A DNA stretch of 64,000 bases from Anaerolineae bacterium (GCA_034437655.1 DAOTTU010000044.1:132093-196092); one strand, 5' to 3'; shown: positions 9,369 to 19,021, numbered from the stretch's first letter. Translations and numbers: made by a program. The notes: generated by a model from the letters alone, not told the origin.

Positions 9369-10184
9369 CTAGACAACATGTGGGCGTGGCTTGCCATTCA
9401 TCAACTGATCATCCACCCAGTCAGCGACCCACGGGTAACGGAAGCCACCACCGTTGAAGGCATTGAAGGCGGCGATAGTGCTGTAAACCGGCATCAGCAC
9501 GAAAAGAGTGAAGACCGCGAAGACCGACATGATGACCAGCAGTATAATGAACAGGATCAGGAACGGAATACCGATCAAGAAGACGCTGGCAACTGCCGAA
9601 ATCACCGTCAATGCAAACAGCGCCATTATCACGACGATACTACCCACGGTGCATACCGTCTGGAACGTAAACGCCTGTAGTGCATGAAAAGCGACATAGT
9701 CGGAACGTGTGCGGAACACAAGATAAATACCCAGCGGGATCATCAACCCAAAGATCACGCCTGGACCAGAACTAAGGGCTGCAATTAGCGTGACGATGGC
9801 GCTAGCATGTGCGGCGGCGGCCCACAAGTAGTCGTTGCTGCCAGTCATCTGTGGGGCGCGGCGATTGCTGTAGCGGTGGCGTGGCGGAACATCGAAGTTA
9901 CGCATCCGCTCCCACATGCTCGAATCATCGTTCTTGCGTTTTTGCTGCTGGTGCGGTAGGCGTGGCGCGTTGACGTAGTTAGCATTGGCATATTGTTGTT
10001 GCTGCTGTGGTGCTGCGCCAAAGTAACGTTCTTCGTATTCGCGCACAACGTCGTCGTCGGCATCGTAGGGGCGCTGTGATTGCTGCGGCTGGGCAGTAGA
10101 CGTTTGTTTCACTTTGACCGGAATTTCAATTGCGCCGTCAGTTTTGGGTTCATAGTCCCAATCGAGTCGGTTGTTGCTCGTCAT
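9369..10184 (-). CDS. membrane protein with Q/P-rich N-terminus and DUF4870-like 4-TM C-terminal domain
   Basis: The N-terminal ~120 aa are low complexity (QQQQQYANANY). The C-terminal half has four hydrophobic helices with the DYVAFHALQAF motif typical of the DUF4870 family. Confidence 0.6.
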   Translation of the reverse strand: MTSNNRLDWDYEPKTDGAIEIPVKVKQTSTAQPQQSQRPYDADDDVVREYEERYFGAAPQQQQQYANANYVNAPRLPHQQQKRKNDDSSMWERMRNFDVPPRHRYSNRRAPQMTGSNDYLWAAAAHASAIVTLIAALSSGPGVIFGLMIPLGIYLVFRTRSDYVAFHALQAFTFQTVCTVGSIVVIMALFALTVISAVASVFLIGIPFLILFIILLVIMSVFAVFTLFVLMPVYSTIAAFNAFNGGGFRYPWVADWVDDQLMNGKPRPHVV

Positions 10185-10343
10185 TTTAGTGCGTCCTTTC
10201 TTTGTGAGTGTTTGTTACTCACTTCTACGCGACGTCTTGCAGAAAGTTGCGCTATCCGTGAAATTTGGTCAGTAGTGAGTAGCAAAGTAGGGTGATTTAT
10301 CGCTTGTGCAGTGTATTCTGCTGTGAGGTCTCGTGGCTTGAAA

Positions 10344-10439
10344 CGGAGGTGCATGGGAGTCGAACCCACCGCAGCCTGCTCTGCACAGCCTGCCACCGAT
10401 TTTGAAGACCGGGCGCACCACCGGGCACGATGCACCTCC
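10344..10439 (-). tRNA. selC: tRNA-Sec (anticodon UCA)
   Basis: The 96-nt sequence is GGAGGTGCATCGTGCCCGGTGGTGCGCCCGGTCTTCAAAATCGG...GGTGGGTTCGACTCCCATGCACCTCCG. It folds by hand into an 8-bp acceptor stem (GGAGGTGC/GCACCTCC), a 6-bp D stem with 4-nt loop, an anticodon loop CU-UCA-AA, a long variable arm, a 5-bp T stem with TTCGACT loop, and a G discriminator. This is the 8/5 bacterial tRNA-Sec geometry. No CCA is encoded. Confidence 0.85.
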
Positions 10440-10728
10440 ACGCGCTAGACTAGCACTGTCTGTTTGAAGAATCCAGCCTGAGCCAATACACTATAGGATA
10501 GACACACATATGATCCGACTGATTTCGAACGGTGTTTCGTACAAGCATTGCAAAACCTGGGATTCTATGTGAAAAATAGCTGCTAATAGGGTATGGTATA
10601 TATATTTCATAAAATACAAGCCTGACAACCACCGCATTGTTCGAATTTAAAGTTTTCAGGTGGTGGTCAAATGATCGTTTTTCAACAATACCGCAAACGA
10701 AATAGCTCAAGTAGGACAGTAGCTTGCG

Positions 10729-11487
10729 ATGGGTGAATACTCCGTACGAGATTTATTTGAAGCATTTGTGTTCATGCGTCGGCAAGGCGCAACGCCAGAC
10801 TTCGCTTTGCAATATCTCAAAAAATTACGGCCGTCGATAAAGCAGTCTGAGCGCGATGATCTGGGCCGGCTGATTCGGCAATGGGAAAAAAGCGAAGGGC
10901 ACCACCACCCCCCGAACCCCGACGCCACAATTGACTTACCACCGCCGCCAGTGGTGTATGATGAAGCCCAGCCAGCGGCCGCTGAAGTCATCTGCCCCAA
11001 TTGCAACACGCCCAACCAACCTCGCGCTACGTACTGTTACGCATGTGGTACGCTGATCACACGGGTTGGAACCAAGCAGTTCACCGACAACCTTGAAGAA
11101 CCAGATGGCACTAAATTTGGGAATTTGTCCAGTCTGGTCTTTACGGTGCGTGGTTTTGAGGACAAGCCCTTACACATTGATCTGCAAAATGCGCAAGAGA
11201 TTATCGTTGGGCGTACTGCTCCAGACAGTGTTATTGTGCCAGACATTGACCTGACCAACCACGACGCGCAGGTAGCCGGCGTCTCGCGGGTTCATGCAAC
11301 GCTCAAACGTCAGGATAGCAACATCACTGTGGTGGATATGGGTAGTATGAACCATACCTATCTCAATGGCGAGCGTATCTTTCCACAGGAGGTGCGTATT
11401 TTGCGAGATGGTGATGAGCTACGTCTTGGCAAATTGGTTATGCGAGTTGCTTTCCAGCGTCAATTGCGCCGGATTCGACCAGATTAG
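10729..11487 (+). CDS. zinc-ribbon + FHA domain protein
   Basis: A zinc ribbon (CPNCNTPNQPRATYCYACG) is followed by a C-terminal FHA domain (IIVGRTAP...DIDL...VSRVHATLKRQD...VVDMGSMNHTYLNGERI). Confidence 0.75.
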   Translation: MGEYSVRDLFEAFVFMRRQGATPDFALQYLKKLRPSIKQSERDDLGRLIRQWEKSEGHHHPPNPDATIDLPPPPVVYDEAQPAAAEVICPNCNTPNQPRATYCYACGTLITRVGTKQFTDNLEEPDGTKFGNLSSLVFTVRGFEDKPLHIDLQNAQEIIVGRTAPDSVIVPDIDLTNHDAQVAGVSRVHATLKRQDSNITVVDMGSMNHTYLNGERIFPQEVRILRDGDELRLGKLVMRVAFQRQLRRIRPD

Positions 11488-11700
11488 CATACACCGCGCA
11501 TGGAATAGTAGCAGTCAATAAAGGCACTAATCACTTCTTCATAGCACCTTCACGTCATGTTTACGGTGGAAGGTTTAAATGACAATACGTTTCTGAAACG
11601 GTTGTGACGACAAACTTGGCTGCAAATAGCAGTCAATTGCTCAGAAATGTAACCATCGTGATTAAATTCTGCGCGTCTTTTAATTGCGACTTGTTCAATG

Positions 11701-11746
11701 AAAAAACCGTTGTAGGTCTTCCCCCCCTCCTACAGCGGTTTTTTAT
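11701..11746. terminator. bidirectional rho-independent terminator between convergent genes
   Basis: AAAAAA-CCGTTGTAGG-loop-CCTACAGCGG-TTTTTTATTT. The stem is 10 bp with one G.U pair. A and T runs flank it, so it can serve both the FHA gene (+) and the serA-like operon (-). Confidence 0.75.
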
Positions 11747-11762
11747 TTGCATGTGGCTGTGT

Positions 11763-12728
11763 CTAGCTCAATTGATCCAGCACAGCAGGGTTTACAACGT
11801 CACGATACTCCTGCTGCTGTAGCGCGTTCAAGACCTTTTCAGCCGCTTCAACAGCCACTGCTGTCTGCGCTTCGACAGTACTGGCCCCCAAATGCGGGGT
11901 GTCGATCACGCCTGACAGGCCAACCAGCGGATGTGAGGCTTCTGGCGGTTCTTTGACATAAACGTCCAGCGCTGCCCCCGCAACTTTCCCGCTCTGAATG
12001 GCCTTGGCGAGGTCAGCATCATGGATGAGCGCGCCGCGTGCGGCATTGATGATGCGTACGCCGTCTTTCATTTTGGCAATGTTGGCGGTGTTGATGAACT
12101 CACGGGTGTCATCGGTGACAACAGCGTGCAGGCTGATGTAATCGGCTCTGGCGAAAAGGTCATCCAGTTCGACCAACTCTACAGCGTGTTCTGCACCGAC
12201 TTCAGCAGGCACAAACGGATCGTGCGCGATGACCATCATCTCAAAGGCCCTGGCACGCTGCGCAACAGCACGCCCCACACGCCCAAACCCGACCAGGCCG
12301 AGGACTTTGCCGCGCAGTTCTGTCCCCATATATTGCTTACGGTCCCAGCGACCTTCGATCATGGACTGTTGCGCTTGCGGAATGTGGCGGGCAAGTGACA
12401 ACATCAAAGCCAGCGTGTGTTCGGCCGTCGCGATGGTGTTTCCCTGTGGTGCGTTCATGACGACGATGTTTTTAGCGGTCGCCGCGTCAAGGTCGATATT
12501 GTCCACCCCGACCCCGGCCCGCACGATAACCTTCAGTTTTGTTGCTAGTTCCAACAACTCGGCGTCCGCTTTGGTGCCACTGCGTACGATCATCGCATCA
12601 GCTTCACCAAGCACGGCTTTGACGTCATCACGCGACATTTTGCCCGGCGCATGCACGGTAATGCCTTCAACGTCGTTGAGAAGTGCCAGCCCATCTTTGT
12701 GCAAATTATCAGGAACCAGAATATGCAT
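11763..12728 (-). CDS. D-isomer-specific 2-hydroxyacid dehydrogenase (short D-3-phosphoglycerate dehydrogenase-like)
   Basis: NAD-binding motif GLVGFGRVGRAV. Catalytic region has NAARG and the H in DTPHLGAST. At 321 aa it has no ACT domain. It sits next to a class-V aminotransferase. Confidence 0.75.
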   Translation of the reverse strand: MHILVPDNLHKDGLALLNDVEGITVHAPGKMSRDDVKAVLGEADAMIVRSGTKADAELLELATKLKVIVRAGVGVDNIDLDAATAKNIVVMNAPQGNTIATAEHTLALMLSLARHIPQAQQSMIEGRWDRKQYMGTELRGKVLGLVGFGRVGRAVAQRARAFEMMVIAHDPFVPAEVGAEHAVELVELDDLFARADYISLHAVVTDDTREFINTANIAKMKDGVRIINAARGALIHDADLAKAIQSGKVAGAALDVYVKEPPEASHPLVGLSGVIDTPHLGASTVEAQTAVAVEAAEKVLNALQQQEYRDVVNPAVLDQLS

Positions 12729-12737
12729 TATCGGCTC

Positions 12738-13838
12738 CTAGCGTTGCGCAAGGTAATCGTCAAAAGCGGCGAACAGCATTTCCATGTGTTCGGGTTGGGT
12801 GTCGCCCATGTGCGCGATGCGGAATGTTTCATTCTTGATCTTGCCATAGCCGTTTGCGATCTCCATACCGCGCTCACGCAGGAAACCATTTAGCGCTTTG
12901 ATGTCCACCTCAAGCGTGTTTTTGAATACAGTCAGCGTCGGCGATTCGTAGCCTGTTTCTGGGTAAAGGGCAAACCCGTGGCTAAGCCCCCATTCACGAG
13001 TGCGTTCGGCCATCTGTTGATGACGGGCTTCGCGGTTTTCGAGCCCTTCAGCATGAATATCGCTCAATTGCTGGTCAGCGGCGTACATCAAGCTGATTGG
13101 TGGTGTCGCGGGGGTGTTGTTCTTCTTGTGATACTTTTCGAAGGTGAGCAGGTCAAAGTAGTAGCCCCGGTTAGTGACAGATTCGGCACGTTCCAGCACG
13201 GCTTCACTAATGGTCCCAAAGGCCATCCCCGGCGGCAAAGCGAGTGCTTTCTGGGTACTGGTCAGGCAAATATCAATGCCCCATTCGTCAACGTGGAGCG
13301 GAGCCCCAACATAAGCGCTGACGACATCGACCAGGAACAGCGTATCGGGGTATTGTTCGAGAATTTTGGCATATTCAGCCACCGGGTTCAAAACACCTGT
13401 GCTGGTTTCGTTGTAAACACAGGCAACCGCGTCATAGGTTTCTTTTTCAAGCGCTTCAGCCAGACGTTCGGGTGCAATGCCATTGCCCCAATCTTCAGCA
13501 ATGACATCAACCTGCTTGCCGTTGGCTTCACTGATTTTTGCCCAGCGTTCGCTAAACGCACCACTCGTCAGGTGCAGCACTTTTTTGTCAGCACGGATGC
13601 AATTGCGCGAAGCAGCTTCCCAGACACCACTACCAGACGAGGTGAAGACATACACGCGGTTTTCGGTACGGAAACTCTGTTGCAGCATGGGTTGCAAGCG
13701 TGCGTACAGGTCAGCAAAGGCGGCTGAACGATGCCCCACCATCGGTTGAGCCTGGGCTTGCAAAATTTCGGGGCGGACTTCAACAGGGCCCGGAATAAAC
13801 AAACGGGCGTGATCTGTTTTTACTACTTTGTCGTTCAT
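12738..13838 (-). CDS. class-V aminotransferase (serine-pyruvate / phosphoserine aminotransferase family)
   Basis: FIPGPVEV N-terminus, SSGSGVWEA, and the PLP-lysine motif TSTQKAL. Confidence 0.75.
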   Translation of the reverse strand: MNDKVVKTDHARLFIPGPVEVRPEILQAQAQPMVGHRSAAFADLYARLQPMLQQSFRTENRVYVFTSSGSGVWEAASRNCIRADKKVLHLTSGAFSERWAKISEANGKQVDVIAEDWGNGIAPERLAEALEKETYDAVACVYNETSTGVLNPVAEYAKILEQYPDTLFLVDVVSAYVGAPLHVDEWGIDICLTSTQKALALPPGMAFGTISEAVLERAESVTNRGYYFDLLTFEKYHKKNNTPATPPISLMYAADQQLSDIHAEGLENREARHQQMAERTREWGLSHGFALYPETGYESPTLTVFKNTLEVDIKALNGFLRERGMEIANGYGKIKNETFRIAHMGDTQPEHMEMLFAAFDDYLAQR

Positions 13839-13843
13839 AAATC

Positions 13844-14917
13844 CTATACTCCTTGGGTTTTAAGTGCTTGCTTTAGTGATTTAATAGGTGCGATGATCGC
13901 TGGATCAACGTCATAGAGCATTGCGGTATAGAAACTAAGGTAATCGCCAAACTGGATAGCGGCTAGCATCTGGTCGAGCAGGGTGTCGCCGGACGGTTCT
14001 ACGGTTTCGGACATAATACCGGCATCACGCATTAAGTCGGCTGTTAGTTGATGGCGCAGCCGTACACGTGGATGATCGTGCGCAGGCGATGTCAGGAAAA
14101 CAGCGGCCAGGTTTTGGATGGCGTTTGCGGGCTGTTCAATCCCTACAACGGCGTTGTGATTCATTTCAGGCAGTGTCTCGAAAATAGCCAGTGTGTTGGC
14201 GTTCTCGTTGAACTGGCCTTTCCAACGACGGGCAATGGGTTCAAAAGCACCTGCTCCAATAATCATGGGTACGGTGTTAGACAGGGCGTTTGCGAGGCGT
14301 TTGGCCGGGTTTTTGGCAAGCGGGACATCCGCTTTGAGGTGTGCCCGTTCTGACTTAAGCAGCTCGACAGCGGCCGTAATGCGCTCATCAAGCCCTTCAA
14401 CCCAACCCAGACGCCAGAACAACGCCAGCAGCAATGCCACCGACCACCCGATGGCAGCGCGGGGGTGCCCGATTTCGTCCGGGAACAACCACGCCGTTTG
14501 CCCATTTTGCTGAAGCTGGGCAGCAAGTTGACCACCTGTGGTAATGCCAAGCACCTGCGCGCCGCTCTGGGTAGCTTGCTGATACGCGGAAAGGGTCTCT
14601 TCTGTATTGCCAGAGTAACTGGAGACAATTACCAGCGTCGAGTCATCTAAAACCCAGCCCGGCAGGTTGTAGCCGCGATTGATGATGATGGGTAGCGACA
14701 TTTCTTCAGCGGCAAAGGCGGCCAGTACATCGCCCCCAATCGCCGAGCCGCCCATGCCACAGATGACCACTCGTGACACATGTGATAGGTCATCGGCTAG
14801 CGGCAATGACTGGGCATGACGCCAGGCATTTTCAAACTGTTCGGGCAAAGCATCAATGTGCCCCAGCATGTTACCAGAGTCAAGCGCTTGCATTCCTGCA
14901 AGATCATCAAGTTTCAT
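13844..14917 (-). CDS. bifunctional phosphoglucose/phosphomannose isomerase (SIS domains)
   Basis: VVICGMGGSAIGGD and VIVSSYSGNTEETL SIS motifs. Start moved to ATG 14917, which has AAAGGA upstream. Confidence 0.7.
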   Translation of the reverse strand: MKLDDLAGMQALDSGNMLGHIDALPEQFENAWRHAQSLPLADDLSHVSRVVICGMGGSAIGGDVLAAFAAEEMSLPIIINRGYNLPGWVLDDSTLVIVSSYSGNTEETLSAYQQATQSGAQVLGITTGGQLAAQLQQNGQTAWLFPDEIGHPRAAIGWSVALLLALFWRLGWVEGLDERITAAVELLKSERAHLKADVPLAKNPAKRLANALSNTVPMIIGAGAFEPIARRWKGQFNENANTLAIFETLPEMNHNAVVGIEQPANAIQNLAAVFLTSPAHDHPRVRLRHQLTADLMRDAGIMSETVEPSGDTLLDQMLAAIQFGDYLSFYTAMLYDVDPAIIAPIKSLKQALKTQGV

Positions 14918-15003
14918 CAACAACGTCCTTTGTTGTAGCGCGATTTTAACACGCAACGCTAGAGCGATAGTGGTCTATTCTACACAAGAATGATGTGCCA
15001 TGA

Positions 15004-15039
15004 ACAACAAAAAACCTACCGACACAATGTGCCAGCAGG
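15004..15039 (-). terminator. rho-independent terminator downstream of pdxT
   Basis: The minus strand reads CCUGCUGGCAC-AUU-GUGUCGGUAGG (11 bp including G.U pairs) followed by UUUUUUGUUGUU. Confidence 0.6.
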
Positions 15040-15067
15040 CTCAGATGGGTTGTAACATGTCCTGACT

Positions 15068-15649
15068 TCAAGACATCGCTTGCAGTACAAGCTGCACAAA
15101 ATAGGTGTGTAGGCGCGTATCTGGCGTCAGTTCGGGGTGAAAAGCAGTTGCCAACAGATGTTCTTGCTGCACGGCAACAATACCGCCATCGTCAAGGCTT
15201 GCCAGCACCTCGACCCCGGCGTCTGCATCAACGGCAGTCACCAGCGGCGCACGGATAAACACAGCGTGTAATGGCCCACCCGGCAGTCTGGCAAAGTCAA
15301 GGTCAGTCTCGAAGCTGTCAATCTGGCGGCCAAAGGCGTTGCGGTTGACAGTGATGTCCATCAGACCGAGCAGCGGTTGTTCGCGGCCGATGTCTTTGGC
15401 GAGAAAGATCATACCAGCACAGGTACCCCAGACGGGTTTCTGGCTGGCAAACGCACGCATCGGTTTAACCAATCCGTACTGAACCGCTAACTTCCCGATG
15501 GTTGTGCTTTCACCACCGGGAATAATCAGACCATGGAGCCCGTCAAGGTCTTCTGGTAGGCGTACTTCCACGGCTTCCACACCGATTTGCTGCAACATAT
15601 TGTGATGCTCGCGGAAATCACCCTGCAATGCCAGGACACCAATTCTCAT
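15068..15649 (-). CDS. pdxT: pyridoxal 5'-phosphate synthase, glutaminase subunit
   Basis: MRIGVLALQGDFREH..., GTCAGMIFLA (catalytic Cys), FHPELT. It lies immediately downstream of pdxS. Confidence 0.95.
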   Translation of the reverse strand: MRIGVLALQGDFREHHNMLQQIGVEAVEVRLPEDLDGLHGLIIPGGESTTIGKLAVQYGLVKPMRAFASQKPVWGTCAGMIFLAKDIGREQPLLGLMDITVNRNAFGRQIDSFETDLDFARLPGGPLHAVFIRAPLVTAVDADAGVEVLASLDDGGIVAVQQEHLLATAFHPELTPDTRLHTYFVQLVLQAMS

Positions 15650-15686
15650 AACAGATTACCGTCGCGTTTCGTCGTGGAAAAGGCTA

Positions 15687-16601
15687 CTACCAGCCACGGT
15701 CAGCGATTCGATCGCCAGCCGGCATGGTACTGACATTAATGCCGACCATAGCTTCGCCCAGTCCACTGCTGACACGGGCTAGAATGTCGGGGTCGTTGAA
15801 GTGGGTTGTTGCTTCAACAATGGCTTTGGCACGCTTGGCCGGGTCGCCACTCTTGAAGATACCACTGCCCACAAATACACCATCCACGCCAATCTGCATC
15901 ATTAATGCTGCGTCAGCCGGGGTCGCCACGCCACCAGCAGCAAAGTTGACCACAGGCAGCTTGCCCGTTTCCGCGACTTCTTTGACGAGGTGATAGGGCG
16001 CGCCGATATCCTTCGCATAGGTCATCAGCTCTTCAGCAGGCATATTTTCAAGCTGACGAATGGCACCGAGCATCGTGCGGGCATGGCGAACAGCCTCCAC
16101 GACATCACCTGTGCCAGCTTCACCCTTGGTGCGAATCATTGCAGCGCCTTCACCAATGCGGCGTAGTGCTTCACCGAGGTTGCGGGCCCCACACACAAAC
16201 GGTACTTTAAAGTCGTACTTGTTGATATGGAAGGCCTCGTCAGCAGGCGTCAGCACTTCGCTTTCATCCACATAGTCAACACCCAATGCCTGGAGAATTT
16301 GCGCTTCAACAAAGTGCCCAATGCGTGCTTTAGCCATAACCGGAATCGTCACGGCGTCCATGATTTCTGTGATGACTTCGGGATCAGACATCCGCGCAAC
16401 GCCACCGTGGGCGCGAATGTCAGCCGGGACACGTTCAAGCGCCATGACCGCAACTGCACCCGCATCTTCTGCGATTTTGGCTTGCTCAGCGTTAATGACG
16501 TCCATGATTACGCCACCCTTGAGCATCTGCGCCAGCCCACGCTTGACGGTATCGGTGCCTGTATTGGTGTTATTGTGGTTGCCGTTAGGTTGCATTGTCA
16601 T
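15687..16601 (-). CDS. pdxS: pyridoxal 5'-phosphate synthase, lyase subunit
   Basis: [38 protein letters not shown] and RTKGEAGTG are highly conserved PdxS/SNZ blocks. Confidence 0.95.
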   Translation of the reverse strand: MTMQPNGNHNNTNTGTDTVKRGLAQMLKGGVIMDVINAEQAKIAEDAGAVAVMALERVPADIRAHGGVARMSDPEVITEIMDAVTIPVMAKARIGHFVEAQILQALGVDYVDESEVLTPADEAFHINKYDFKVPFVCGARNLGEALRRIGEGAAMIRTKGEAGTGDVVEAVRHARTMLGAIRQLENMPAEELMTYAKDIGAPYHLVKEVAETGKLPVVNFAAGGVATPADAALMMQIGVDGVFVGSGIFKSGDPAKRAKAIVEATTHFNDPDILARVSSGLGEAMVGINVSTMPAGDRIADRGW

Positions 16602-16792
16602 AGTTCACTCCCTGTGAATTAGTTCCATCTTTTGCTGGTTATACAGTGCAATGGTGACTGTCTCAAAAGATATGAGTTTGTTGTCATAATGGGGAACGTT
16701 TTGTGTGCTGGTTTGTTGCATTTATTATAGCGAAAGGAACGCAATTTGATAGGTGAAGATTCTGTTTCAGTTTAAGTGAATTTAATTGGTGC

Positions 16793-16821
16793 TTGCCCTT
16801 TGCTTATCGAACCGATATAAT
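16793..16821 (+). promoter_or_regulatory. candidate sigma70-type promoter for the BMP-family gene
   Basis: TTGCCC (16793-16798), a 17-nt spacer, then TATAAT (16816-21), about 205 nt upstream of ATG 17027. Confidence 0.4.
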
Positions 16822-17026
16822 CTGCGGCGTTGTAGTGGTGAGTCATATTGGTAGCCGAAATGTGTGATCAAACCAGCAAACATCTTGCACAGCCAATACG
16901 ACGTCGCAGCGCACTGCGGGGTAATCATGTTTTGCCACCGTGTCGTGCTTTCCCTCTCTTTTCTTCGATGAAACGTTACCAAAATTTCTATCAAATATCA
17001 TTTCCATACAAGGAGCTTATGATTTC

Positions 17027-19021
17027 ATGAAGCGTATCCTTTCAAGCACCATGTTGGCCTTATTATGTGCCGTACTCGTCAGTGGCCTTGGGGCATCATT
17101 CGCCGCAGAAACACCAACAGATTCATCGTCAACCGACCGTCAAGGTGACCTCCGCATTGGTCTTGTGACCGACGTCGGACGTATTGACGACGGCAGTTTT
17201 AACCAGAGCGCCTGGGAAGGACTTTTGTTGTCAGAAGAAGCATTCGGTGCCGAAGTTGACTTTATCGAAACCGATGCACCAACTGACTACGCTAACAACA
17301 TTGCTGAATTTGCCGAAGATGACTTTGACATCATTGTGACTGTCGGCTTTGCCCTGCAAGAAGCAACCCTTAACGCTGCTGAAGCCTTCCCCGATGTTTA
17401 TTTCATTGGCGTTGACCAGTTCCAGACCGAGGATGTCGATAACGTTGTGGGTCTGGTTTTTGAAGAAGATAAATCCGGCTTCCTGGCTGGTGTTCTGGCC
17501 GCTGGCTTGACCGAAACCAACACCATTGCCGCCGTATTGGGTACCGACCAGGTGCCACCTGTTGTTGCCTTTAAGGAAGGCTATGAGTCTGGCGCAGCAT
17601 GGGCTGCTGACATTCTTGACAAAGATGTTAACTTCATCAGCACCTATCACCCCGGTGGGCTAGACACAGCTTTCACTGACCCACAATGGGGCGCTGCAAC
17701 CGCTGCACAAGCACTTGATCAGGGTGCAGACGTTGTTTTTGCAGCCGGTGGCCAGACAGGTAACGGTGGCTTGATCGAAGTTGCCAGCACTGTTGGCGAC
17801 AGCAACCCGCCCTACTGCATTGGTGTAGACACCGACCAGTGGTTGACTGTGCCAGAAGCACACCCTTGCCTCGTTTCCAGTGCTGCAAAGCTCATTGACG
17901 GTGGTATTCTTAGCCTCGTGACCGCTTTTGTCGATGGTAATGCACCCACGGGTAATTTCTTTGGTGAAGTTGGGCTGGCGAGCTTCCATGATTTCGAAGA
18001 TCAGGTACCGGGTGAAGTACTGCGTCTGATTCAGCGCGCAGAAAATGGCTTGCGCACCAATGCCGTACTGACCTGCTACAACACTGACTTGAGCGACCTT
18101 CGTGTTGGGCTGGTGACCGACGTCGGCCGCGTTGACGATGGCAGCTTCAACGAAAGCGCCTGGAACGGTCTACTGGCTGTAGAACGCTGTGGCGCTGAAG
18201 TTGACTTCATCGAAACTCAAGACCCCACCGACTACGCTGCCAACATTGCTGAATTTGCCGAAGATGATTACGACATCATCGTGACTGTTGGGTTCGCCCT
18301 GCAAGAAGCTACTAATGAAGCCGCACAGGCCTTCCCCGATGTTCGCTTCATCGGCGTTGACCAGTTCCAGCCCGAAATGCAGGAAGGTATCAGCGGGTTG
18401 ATCTTCCCTGAAGACCAGGCCGGGTTCCTTGCGGGTTATCTGGCTGCTGGCTTGAGTGAAAGCGGTACGATTGCGGCCGTACTGGGTACTGACCAGGTGC
18501 CACCCGTGGTCGCCTTCAAAGAAGGGTATGAACTCGGGGCACAGTTCTACAACCCGGACATTGAACTCATCAGCACCTATCATCCCGGTGGGCTAGACAC
18601 GGCCTTCACCGACCCGCAATGGGGTGCTGCAACCTCTCGCCAGGCACTTGACCAGGGCGCAGACGTCGTTTTTGCGGCTGGTGGTCAAACGGGCAATGGT
18701 GGCTTGATTGAGGTTGCTGGCGCTGTTGGTGATAGTAATCCGCCGTATTGTATCGGTGTGGACACTGACCAGTGGTTCACCGTACCCGAAGCGCACCCGT
18801 GCCTCGTTTCCAGCGCAACCAAGATCATTGACGGTGGTATTGCTAGCCTGGTGCTGCAATTTGCCAATGGCAATATCGAAGATGGTAACTTTGTGGGTGT
18901 TGTCGGCCTCGCGCCGTTCCATGACTTTGAAGATGTTGTGCCTGCCGAGTTGCAAGCTGAACTGACCCAACTGGCTGCTGACCTGGCCGCTGGTGTGGTG
19001 TCAACTGGCTACGCGCCCTAA
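17027..19021 (+). CDS. secreted tandem double BMP-family (PnrA/Med-like) substrate-binding protein
   Basis: Start at ATG 17027 with AAGGAG at 17010-15, giving a signal peptide MKRILSSTMLALLCAVLVSGLGASFA. Two consecutive full BMP domains follow (GLVTDVGR[IV]DDGSFN ... IVTVGFALQEA ... FIGVDQFQ ... AAGGQTGNGGLIEVA). Confidence 0.85.
   Translation: MKRILSSTMLALLCAVLVSGLGASFAAETPTDSSSTDRQGDLRIGLVTDVGRIDDGSFNQSAWEGLLLSEEAFGAEVDFIETDAPTDYANNIAEFAEDDFDIIVTVGFALQEATLNAAEAFPDVYFIGVDQFQTEDVDNVVGLVFEEDKSGFLAGVLAAGLTETNTIAAVLGTDQVPPVVAFKEGYESGAAWAADILDKDVNFISTYHPGGLDTAFTDPQWGAATAAQALDQGADVVFAAGGQTGNGGLIEVASTVGDSNPPYCIGVDTDQWLTVPEAHPCLVSSAAKLIDGGILSLVTAFVDGNAPTGNFFGEVGLASFHDFEDQVPGEVLRLIQRAENGLRTNAVLTCYNTDLSDLRVGLVTDVGRVDDGSFNESAWNGLLAVERCGAEVDFIETQDPTDYAANIAEFAEDDYDIIVTVGFALQEATNEAAQAFPDVRFIGVDQFQPEMQEGISGLIFPEDQAGFLAGYLAAGLSESGTIAAVLGTDQVPPVVAFKEGYELGAQFYNPDIELISTYHPGGLDTAFTDPQWGAATSRQALDQGADVVFAAGGQTGNGGLIEVAGAVGDSNPPYCIGVDTDQWFTVPEAHPCLVSSATKIIDGGIASLVLQFANGNIEDGNFVGVVGLAPFHDFEDVVPAELQAELTQLAADLAAGVVSTGYAP
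17147..19018 (+). repeat. in-gene tandem duplication (two ~0.94-kb copies: 17147-18094 and 18095-19018)
   Basis: The copies align end to end at the protein level, from DLRIGLVTDVGRIDDGSFNQSAWEGLL... to DLRVGLVTDVGRVDDGSFNESAWNGLL..., with long identical blocks such as DPQWGAAT, QALDQGADVVFAAGGQTGNGGLIEVA and DSNPPYCIGVDTDQW. The nucleotide similarity is obvious by eye. Confidence 0.85.

Noticed and set aside
10450-11015. ORFs 10450-10710 (-) and 10707-11015 (-) in and around the AT-rich spacer next to selC.
   Set aside because: The first lies in AT-rich, promoter-like DNA and has an implausible composition. The second is antisense to the well-supported FHA gene. Neither has an RBS or a recognisable domain.
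11509-11637. An exact 11-mer, TAGCAGTCAAT, repeated 118 bp apart (11509-19 and 11627-37) downstream of the FHA gene, plus the ORF 11604-11822.
   Set aside because: A single short direct repeat with no palindromic character or association with a promoter. The ORF runs through a terminator and overlaps the 3' end of the serA-like gene on the opposite strand. The support is insufficient.
12229-13727. Plus-strand ORFs 12229-12741 and 12978-13727, and similar long antisense ORFs at 19790-20413, 21675-22307, 37941-38576, 45188-45721 and 59727-60353.
   Set aside because: All are antisense to CDSs with strong motif support and contain no recognisable domains. They are shadow ORFs.
16822-16920. Possible riboswitch-like three-strand switch in the leader of the BMP gene. 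CTGCGGCG (16822-29) can pair with CGTCGCAG (16902-09), which can alternatively pair with CTGCG (16914-18). A nested helix CATATTGGT/GCCAATACG is also possible.
   Set aside because: The 5' strand lies immediately after the candidate -10 box, so it would probably not be transcribed from that promoter. No U-tract terminator or RBS-sequestering helix follows. I recognise no known riboswitch consensus such as purine, ZTP or PRPP. This is only worth a covariance scan.
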